Positions 56,988 to 64,000 of a DNA stretch of 64,000 bases are shown here, piece after piece. The stretch covers positions 32,001 through 96,000 of the forward strand of contig JBEQBC010000001.1 of assembly GCA_041640035.1 (NCBI GenBank), written 5' to 3'. Every line of letters starts with the position of its first letter. Within the stretch, counting starts at the first letter, position 1. The stretch is from Candidatus Nanohaloarchaea archaeon. Lineage in GTDB: Archaea > Nanohalarchaeota > Nanosalinia > Nanosalinales > Nanosalinaceae. A program made the position numbers and the translations under genes. Under the pieces are notes generated by a model. That model saw nothing but the letters and a program-made list of their open reading frames with translations, was not told the DNA's origin and made no database searches.

Positions 56988-58943
56988 ATGGAGCTTCAAG
57001 AGGTTAGAGTGGAGAATTTTAAGTCTATAGAGGATTCAAACTGGGTAGAACTAGAAGATGTAACCTGCATGATTGGTAAGAATGAATCAGGTAAGACTGC
57101 TTTTTTAGAGGCTCTAAGGAAGTTTAACCCTGTCAATGGCGATTCTAATTACAATCACAAAAGAGAATATCCAAGAAAGAAACTGTCTGAATATTTGCCC
57201 AAACACTCTGATAATCCTGAAAGAGTTGTTTCTCTAAAGTTTGAGCTTGATGAATTAGAAAAGGACGAAATAGAAGAATTATTAGGCCCTGATGTTTTGC
57301 AAAGCGATCAAATCACTGTAAAAAAGAAATATGATAATTCAAAGGTGTGGTGGGTCGATTTAGATGAAGAAAAGGCCGTTGAAAATATTCTACAAGAATT
57401 TGATCTCAGTGAGCAAATTGGAGAAAAATTAGAAGATATAGAAGAGTTTAGCGAATTAAAAGAAAGTCTTAGTGAGTTAGATGATGCTCCAAATGATTTA
57501 GAACAGAGAGTTGGAGAATTTGGAGACAGTTTAAGTCATTATTTGGCTGATGAAGTATTACACCAAAAGTTGCCAAGTTTCTTCTATTTTAGCGAATATT
57601 CAATAATGGACGGTAAAGTAAACATTCAACAGTTAAAGCAGAGGAAGTCTCAGAATAATCTTTCTGAGTCGGACGAGACATTTATGGATTTGCTTTCGAG
57701 GGCAAATCTTAGTATAGAAGATTTAGAAACTTCTGATGATTATGAATTAGTAAAGGCTTCTTTAGAGGCCTCTTCAAACTCGATAACAGATGACATAGAG
57801 AAATATTGGTCACAGAGCGATCATCTTGAGGTTGAATTTGATAAGTCAGAGTCTTCTCCTGCTGACAACACAAATTCAAATAGCGGTTTTGCACTTGAAG
57901 TGAGAGTGAAGAATACCAAGCATAGGGTCAGCGTCCCATTTAATCAGAGATCAAGTGGATTTATCTGGTTCTTCTCTTTCCTCGCTAAGTTTTCTCAGAT
58001 CAAGAATAATGAGGATGGAGAGGTCATTCTTCTGCTGGATGAACCAGGGCTCAATTTACATGCTGAGGCTCAAAATGATTTCCTTAATTTCATCGATGAG
58101 GAATTAGCTCCTAAACACCAAGTCATTTATACAACACATTCTCCATTCATGGTAAACCCTCACAAGATACACAGAACTCGGATTGTAGAGGATAAGGACA
58201 AAAAAGATGATGAAGATGATTTAGAAGGGACTAAGGTCACATCTGAATTTCTAAAAACAGATAAAGAGTCTGTATTTCCGCTCCAAGGAGTTTTAGGGTA
58301 TGATCTGATTAATACACTTTTCTTAGGGCCTCAATGCCTATTGCTAGAAGGCAAATCAGACATGATATACATCCAGATTATCTCTGATATTCTAAATGAT
58401 CGAGAAAGAACTTCACTAAGCCATAAATGGACTTTAGTCCCTGTAGGTGGGGCAGATAATATACCTACCTTTGTCTCACTCTTTGCAGGAAATGAACTAG
58501 ATCTAGGGATTTTCATGGATGATGACGATAATACTGAGCAGAAATTAGAGCAGATTTCTGATAGAGATTTGATAGATATGGACTCTGTAAAAACAGTCAC
58601 CGACTATGTAAATCAGAAAGGAGGAGACATAGAGGACATGTTTACTCAGAAATTCTACCTGGACTTGCTCAACTCCACATATAGTGAAGAAATAGACAAT
58701 GAATTTGGTAGAGAACTAGAGGAGGACGATATTGGCTCAGAGAAACCTAGAATTATTCAGAAATTTGAGGATAAGTTCTCTGGTCATGATATTGGAAAAG
58801 AAATTGCAACTGGTAAATTCAATCATAAAGAGCCAGCAATCCATCTCCAAAAGAACTTAGAGGAATTCAGGAATGAAATCGATGATGAGACTTTAGATAG
58901 GTTTGAGGAATTGTTTGAGGAGCTTAACTCCCTCATTCAATAA
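56988..58943 (+). CDS. OLD-family ATP-dependent nuclease (ABC ATPase + TOPRIM)
   Basis: GKNESGKT; RSSG; LLLDEPG..LH; TTHSPF; LLEGKSD; MDDD. Confidence 0.88.
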   Translation: MELQEVRVENFKSIEDSNWVELEDVTCMIGKNESGKTAFLEALRKFNPVNGDSNYNHKREYPRKKLSEYLPKHSDNPERVVSLKFELDELEKDEIEELLGPDVLQSDQITVKKKYDNSKVWWVDLDEEKAVENILQEFDLSEQIGEKLEDIEEFSELKESLSELDDAPNDLEQRVGEFGDSLSHYLADEVLHQKLPSFFYFSEYSIMDGKVNIQQLKQRKSQNNLSESDETFMDLLSRANLSIEDLETSDDYELVKASLEASSNSITDDIEKYWSQSDHLEVEFDKSESSPADNTNSNSGFALEVRVKNTKHRVSVPFNQRSSGFIWFFSFLAKFSQIKNNEDGEVILLLDEPGLNLHAEAQNDFLNFIDEELAPKHQVIYTTHSPFMVNPHKIHRTRIVEDKDKKDDEDDLEGTKVTSEFLKTDKESVFPLQGVLGYDLINTLFLGPQCLLLEGKSDMIYIQIISDILNDRERTSLSHKWTLVPVGGADNIPTFVSLFAGNELDLGIFMDDDDNTEQKLEQISDRDLIDMDSVKTVTDYVNQKGGDIEDMFTQKFYLDLLNSTYSEEIDNEFGRELEEDDIGSEKPRIIQKFEDKFSGHDIGKEIATGKFNHKEPAIHLQKNLEEFRNEIDDETLDRFEELFEELNSLIQ

Positions 58944-59004
58944 TTATGGATTTCCTTTTGTGATATCTGGCATCTAGAGATTGATTTCTACACTACATAT
59001 CTTT

Positions 59005-60033
59005 CTAATTTTCTTCTAAAGATTTTGGGAGTTCATTTTTCATAACCAGTGCTTGAAACTCCCATAGAGCTATTAAAAGTGCTAGAGCCTCTTTTGATTC
59101 TTCTATAATCTCTTCAAATGTCAAGGTGTCTATTATTTCTCCTTCATCTGTAAACTTTACTTTCTTCTCGAAGGGTTCGATTAGTCGATCTCCATGACTT
59201 ATTGAGTTTCTTTTATCAACATCTAGACCTTCTGATAATTCGCCCAGAATATCGTAACTTTCTAATTTTTCTAAGGCATTACCGAGCCTCATACTTCTAT
59301 ATTTGCTATATTCAGGTGATTTACCTTTGTAGAACTCATAAGAACAGATAAGTTGAGGTAAGAACTTTTCTACAATATCTATTGTCTGTTTATAGTGATT
59401 AAGCACTTCTTTCATATCTCTCCTTTTTTCAGGAAGATTTTTCTCCTCGAAATATTCTGTTTGTTCATCTAGAAGAACATCCAAAGTGTCTTCTCTTATG
59501 ATTTTTTCATCTGTTCCAGGAACATCTGTATGAATGTACCTATAAGCACCCTCGATCATGTTCTCTTCTTTTAGCTCGGAAATAAATTGCTCGATACAGT
59601 CACGATATTCTTCTATCAGGGTGTCTGAAAGAACATCTATACCTGTATTTACTCTATCATCAACTTCTTCTGTCATCCAGCTCAGGTCCAGTTCATCCTC
59701 TATTTCTCGATTAAAGCTAGATGAAAATACTTTATTTGCTTTAGTCAGTACTTCATTTCGTATAGCTTCCTTTTTCTCTTCTTTATTTTCTTTAACTCTA
59801 TCAATTTGTCTTAGTTTAGTTAGCTCTTGATAGACCTCCTCTTCAATACGATTTTTCTGAGATTCATCTATTTTTTGTACCTTTCTACCTGTGATATTGG
59901 ATGCTAGTTCTGGTGAATCTTCTGCTACTTTCTTAGAAGCCTCTCTAAGTTTTCCATCTGGCTCTTCTCCTAAATTCTCAGTATCTATAATTCCATCTAC
60001 TTTGTCAAGAGCCTTTTCAATAAAGATTTCCAC
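59005..60033 (-). CDS. Helical protein with C-terminal HEPN-like Rx4H motif
   Basis: E..L...; LG.....L; DKRNSISHG. Confidence 0.6.
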   Translation of the reverse strand: MEIFIEKALDKVDGIIDTENLGEEPDGKLREASKKVAEDSPELASNITGRKVQKIDESQKNRIEEEVYQELTKLRQIDRVKENKEEKKEAIRNEVLTKANKVFSSSFNREIEDELDLSWMTEEVDDRVNTGIDVLSDTLIEEYRDCIEQFISELKEENMIEGAYRYIHTDVPGTDEKIIREDTLDVLLDEQTEYFEEKNLPEKRRDMKEVLNHYKQTIDIVEKFLPQLICSYEFYKGKSPEYSKYRSMRLGNALEKLESYDILGELSEGLDVDKRNSISHGDRLIEPFEKKVKFTDEGEIIDTLTFEEIIEESKEALALLIALWEFQALVMKNELPKSLEEN

Positions 60034-60377
60034 AAAGGTACTTTAGTCACTAAAACTCATTAATTTTACTCGTTCAAAGATTTATGAACTCATTAAAGCG
60101 ATAATTCAGTGAAGTGTTGGCTAGATTCTAAATTAATCTAGTAGACGGCCAACTCCCAAGCTTCCTAAAAATCCAAGCGAGAGACTGGCTAAAAATAATG
60201 CTAATTTCATAACATATTTATCATCTTTTAGTTACTCTCCAAAGGGTAGAAACTCTAATTATTAAATCCCAGCTAGCTTAGGAGGAAGAAAAAGTGTAAA
60301 ACCACAAATTTCTTCCAGGTTTAATTTGTGAGTTCTCGCTTTCTAGTTCCGTAGATCCGAAAGAACTAAATCCATTT

Positions 60378-61028
60378 TTGCTTTCATTACCTCTTGTGGA
60401 AATAGCTACTCCAATTTCATCTCTTCCGTATGAATCAACATCCTTAGTTCTGCAATTTCTTTCAGTTCTTCTACTAGGTTATTTCGCTGGATCAAGATAT
60501 CTTCTAGCCAGAAGGAGACATGAAAGGCCTAAGCTGACGCTAAAGTCGTCTATTAAAGAAATGCTTACAAGTTATAATCCTGAAGACGGAGTAGAAGCTA
60601 GATTTGGAGGAGTGAACTTCGAAATTAAAAATGGTGAATGGCGGGGATACGCAGATAATCTTTCATTGAATTACATAACAATTGGGGTTTGGTATGACTG
60701 GAGTGACGAAAAGGAAAAATACATGAGGATGGAGAGATTTTATTTCGAGATTAACAGAGAGATCGATTCTAGGCTTTATCCTGGCGAGAAAACATCTGTT
60801 TGGATATCTAAAGAAGATTTGTTCTCTAACTCGAAATTCAAGGAAATTTTTGAGAATAGGAAGCACAAAATGTTTGAGGCCAGCTGTAATCTAGAGACTA
60901 GGCTAGGCAGATATAATCTGGGCGCAGTAGAAATTGAAGAGCCAGAAATGCCTACTGCTGAAGAGATGTTTCCTTCAGAGAAAGATGGCTTTTTCTCTCG
61001 TATAAAGACGAAATTTGACAGATATTAG
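60378..61028 (+). CDS. Membrane-anchored protein, paralogue of 41023-41502
   Basis: TM ending LGY.A..RY....R..ERPK; start uncertain. Confidence 0.6.
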   Translation: MLSLPLVEIATPISSLPYESTSLVLQFLSVLLLGYFAGSRYLLARRRHERPKLTLKSSIKEMLTSYNPEDGVEARFGGVNFEIKNGEWRGYADNLSLNYITIGVWYDWSDEKEKYMRMERFYFEINREIDSRLYPGEKTSVWISKEDLFSNSKFKEIFENRKHKMFEASCNLETRLGRYNLGAVEIEEPEMPTAEEMFPSEKDGFFSRIKTKFDRY

Positions 61029-61155
61029 AATAAAGTGAAGGGTTGATTTTGGAAGACTAGGAGACATCCGAGGAAGAAAAATATAAGATTGTGAATACTT
61101 TGATGGATCTCAGAGTAAGGTGTAGGAATATATCAGAAAGTTCGGAGACTAATTT

Positions 61156-62085
61156 CTACTTTTTAAGCACAATCATCTTTCCTATATGATTTCCATGTGT
61201 GGTCTCCCATTCATAGCCTTGCCTATCGTAGAAGTCTAAATTAGGGTATTTTTCCTGTAATTCGTCTCTTATTTCATTCATTAAACTTAGCGTGTCTATA
61301 CCTCGGCCTAAGATGAAAAGAGTATCTATGGACTCATTCTTAATGTAATCTTCGGCTTTTAATAGATTTTTATCCTTATGCCAGGGCTTATAGATGACTA
61401 TTATCTTTGAATTACCTGTTAATTCGTCTAATAGATCGCAGAACTCTTTTTGTGAGTCCTCATTAAGATTTTTAGTGTTGCCTCTGTTAAAACTTCTTTC
61501 TCTTCGGACTGCTTCGTTGATAAAAACATCTTTTTTATTTTCGTCTTTCAGTATTTCGTCAAATAATTCGAATTCAACCCTAATCTCTTCCTCACTTACC
61601 TCTTCATTTATGTCTTCTATTAAATCTTGGAAGTCGTTACGCCTTGCTAATCTCAACTCTAAAGCTTTTTCTAGCCCTTTTTGATAATTCGGTAAAAGGA
61701 ATTTTTTGTATCTCTTTAAGCTGATGTTTCTTGCGGTATATATTGTCAGATCTTTTTGTAGGTCTTTTTTTGATTCATAGGATTCTATATTAATCTCATC
61801 CCATACTTCCTCCTCCGCTAATCCATCCTCAGGCAGTGGTTCCTCTATTTCTTCGCTTACTTGACTCTTTACTTTTTCAACTACTTTTTCTCCGTATAGT
61901 TTTCTCTTGAAATAGAAAATCGCCCAATCTTTTAGGCTAGTAAGGATTTTCTTAGTGTAGACAGGTATTTCTTCCCTGTATGCAACAATAAATAATGTTA
62001 CGAGATAAGCGATAAACAGTCCTGAAGGACCTAAAACTGTTGCTAATTCGTTGATGAGTGTTTCTAGCGCAGACATTAGAGGCAC
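61156..62085 (-). CDS. Membrane-anchored hypothetical protein
   Basis: N-terminal TM; AT-rich; 309 aa. Confidence 0.65.
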   Translation of the reverse strand: MPLMSALETLINELATVLGPSGLFIAYLVTLFIVAYREEIPVYTKKILTSLKDWAIFYFKRKLYGEKVVEKVKSQVSEEIEEPLPEDGLAEEEVWDEINIESYESKKDLQKDLTIYTARNISLKRYKKFLLPNYQKGLEKALELRLARRNDFQDLIEDINEEVSEEEIRVEFELFDEILKDENKKDVFINEAVRRERSFNRGNTKNLNEDSQKEFCDLLDELTGNSKIIVIYKPWHKDKNLLKAEDYIKNESIDTLFILGRGIDTLSLMNEIRDELQEKYPNLDFYDRQGYEWETTHGNHIGKMIVLKK

Positions 62086-62091
62086 ATATCT

Positions 62092-62331
62092 CTACCTCAT
62101 ACAGTCTTTGCAGAAATAATGGATTCCTTCATGATCTTTTGATACTGCGACTACTTCTTCAAAAGGTATCTCGTGACCACATTCGCATTCGACACTGTCC
62201 TGGACTTCGATACCTCGTTCTTCAAGATTATTTCTAAGTTCTGAGGTTGAGTTAGAAAATCTGAGAGGGTCTGTAGGCACATTTTCGGCTACTGCTGCCG
62301 CCAGTGTCACCATACTCTGTTTAAAATCCAC
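62092..62331 (-). CDS. Small Zn-finger-like protein
   Basis: CECG...FCKDC; GAGGT SD before GTG. Confidence 0.6.
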   Translation of the reverse strand: MDFKQSMVTLAAAVAENVPTDPLRFSNSTSELRNNLEERGIEVQDSVECECGHEIPFEEVVAVSKDHEGIHYFCKDCMR

Positions 62332-62440
62332 TACCTCTCACATTTTATTTTTGCAATAGTTAGTTAAAAAAGATTTTTCCCTCGCGAACCGTTACGATAG
62401 ATTGCTTTAACTCCTTCTCAGGGCTTCTACTGAATATTCA

Positions 62441-62944
62441 CTATTCCATTTCTCCCCAGGCGTAGTCCAGTATTACATCTTCTCCGTCTACTACGCCGAT
62501 ATTGCCGAATCCGATGTCGTCTGATGGGTGTTCGGTGAAGTGGTATTTGAGCATGAGTTTTAGTGCGCCGAATAGGTTTTTTCCTTCTGATTTTCTTTGT
62601 ACTAGGTATTCTCCGTTGTCTCCGCATTCGAGTACTTCTGCGAAGTCGTCTTTCATGTCTTCGTCCATGGTGTTCCAGGCCTGGTATTCGTCGAGGTTGT
62701 GCTGGTTGCTTTCCTCTGGTTTGCTGACTCTGTGCGGGAATTTGACGACTGTTTCTTCTTCGCCTGGCAGGTCTTCTCTGTAGAAAACTGATCTGTACTT
62801 GCCTTTCCCTACCTGTGTGTAGGGTGATGTGGCTTCGAATTCCTGTGCGGCTTCTCTGTAGTTCGGGTTGTTCCAGGATAGGTCTTCGAACCGTTTGGCG
62901 TCCTCGTAAAGTTGTTCTGCGCTGATTTTCTCTGGAGAGTTCAT
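62441..62944 (-). CDS. Minimal protein-kinase-like fold protein (start uncertain)
   Basis: VGKGKYRSVF; VVKFP; N..E; DI.FGNIG; ILDYA. Confidence 0.7.
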   Translation of the reverse strand: MNSPEKISAEQLYEDAKRFEDLSWNNPNYREAAQEFEATSPYTQVGKGKYRSVFYREDLPGEEETVVKFPHRVSKPEESNQHNLDEYQAWNTMDEDMKDDFAEVLECGDNGEYLVQRKSEGKNLFGALKLMLKYHFTEHPSDDIGFGNIGVVDGEDVILDYAWGEME

Positions 62945-63083
62945 ACCTATCATTAAGGTTTCCAGACTTAAATCGTTATTGGAAAGTAACAACAATTGTT
63001 CTGTTTGGTGAAGGGTGGCTTACTGCCGAATTAGCTCCTATTTTTAACCAGTGCATAGACTAGTATCATTTACACCCAAGATT

Positions 63084-63770
63084 ATGGAGCTTGAAAATCT
63101 ATCTCAAGAACTACTTGAAAAAGCCAGAAAAGAGGAAGATGCCGAAGAGCTGGTAAAACGGCTTCAGGAATTGAATACTGAAGAACTAGTAGATAGCTTC
63201 GAAAACGATGAAGCCAGAAAAGCATTCTGGATCAATATCTATAACGCATACTCCCAAATTCTGCTCAGGGATAAGCCTGAACGGTACAGATTCAAATCCA
63301 TATTCTTCATGAGGAGGTACATCAACATAGCAGGTCAGAAGATGAGTTTGAACAAGATCGAAAACGGCTACCTTAGGTCCTCTAAACTCTCTATCGGTTT
63401 CGGATATCTGAAGAATCCTTTAGCTAGGAAGTTCGAGAGAAGGATTAGAGTAGATGAAGTAGATCCCAGAGTACATTTTGCCTTGAACTGCGGAGCAAAG
63501 ACCTGTCCACCGATAAGATTCTACAAAAGCGAAGATCTCGACAATCAACTCGAGAAAGCTACAGAGAACTACCTCAACCAGGAAGTAGAGGTTTCGGAAA
63601 ATAGATTAGAAGTACCCAGAGTTTTCCTCTGGTACAGAGGAGACTTCGGCGGTGGAAAAGGCGTTAAACAGTTCCTATCAAAATACGGATATGAGGCCTC
63701 AGGGAAGAAAATCAGATACAAGAACTGGAACTGGGAACTCCAGCTAGACTCATTCGAGGATACGAAATGA
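63084..63770 (+). CDS. DUF547 domain protein
   Basis: AFWINIYNA; SLN.IE..YLR; DPRVHFALNCGA.TCPP. Confidence 0.92.
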   Translation: MELENLSQELLEKARKEEDAEELVKRLQELNTEELVDSFENDEARKAFWINIYNAYSQILLRDKPERYRFKSIFFMRRYINIAGQKMSLNKIENGYLRSSKLSIGFGYLKNPLARKFERRIRVDEVDPRVHFALNCGAKTCPPIRFYKSEDLDNQLEKATENYLNQEVEVSENRLEVPRVFLWYRGDFGGGKGVKQFLSKYGYEASGKKIRYKNWNWELQLDSFEDTK

Positions 63771-64000
63771 TAGATAACAACAGACTGAAGGTAATCGGAA
63801 TCACTGCAGTTATGGCTCTAGCAGTTCTAGCACTGTTCTCAGGTCAAATCACAAGAGTTATAGCCTGGATGACAGGAACACAGGAACTAAGAGTGCAGGA
63901 ACAACGGTTTGATCCTGGAAACGCATCAAACGACACCGAGTGGATACAGGACAACTATACTGAGGAGATTAACAATCTTACAGCCAGAGAAACATATGTA
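63767..64000 (+). CDS. 5' part of a membrane-anchored protein (truncated by window; possibly MsrB-like)
   Basis: Manual translation MIDNNRLKVIGITAVMALAVLALFSG...NLTARETYV; function tentative. Confidence 0.55.
   Translation, partial: MIDNNRLKVIGITAVMALAVLALFSGQITRVIAWMTGTQELRVQEQRFDPGNASNDTEWIQDNYTEEINNLTARETYV

Larger units (their letters stand above)
56790..62400. mobile_element. Low-GC genomic island downstream of tRNA-Thr (no integrase seen)
   Basis: Abrupt drop in GC and change of codon use; defence-like cargo; right boundary approximate. Confidence 0.6.

Noticed and set aside
56760-62450. Intact integrative element with attR repeat
   Set aside because: No integrase and no duplicate of the tRNA-Thr 3' end found by eye
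1-64000. CRISPR array, rRNA genes, IS elements
   Set aside because: No spaced repeats, rRNA-like tracts or transposase motifs seen

Overview
Compact archaeal chromosome segment with a strongly acidic proteome, most consistent with a Nanohaloarchaeota (DPANN) genome; this taxonomy is inferred, not searched. Core content: complete A1Ao ATP synthase operon (H-I-K-E-C-F-A-B-D), TFB, TBP, histone plus a second histone-fold protein, aIF5A, aIF2-beta, CCA enzyme, Trm1, Elp3, Nob1, RNase P proteins, MCM, RPA/SSB, ligase, EndoIII, rpl15e, rps8e, Lsm-rpl37e, the oapABC GTPase operon and three tRNAs (Lys-UUU with a 76-nt intron, Ile-GAU, Thr-UGU). Low-GC cargo follows tRNA-Ile (PD-(D/E)XK nuclease) and tRNA-Thr (OLD-type nuclease, HEPN-like protein). 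Most notable observations: (1) the tRNA-Lys intron holds a box C/D kink-turn and a 10-nt antisense element that would guide 2'-O-methylation of the tRNA's own wobble U34; (2) an uncharacterised three-gene cluster (coiled-coil/HTH protein, EndoIV-like TIM-barrel metalloenzyme with a large AT-richer insertion, MNT-HEPN-like protein); (3) G+T to A+C strand skew that appears to flip at AT-rich intergenic sites regardless of gene orientation; (4) a promoter-led, highly structured RNA or 36-aa sORF between drg and rps8e.
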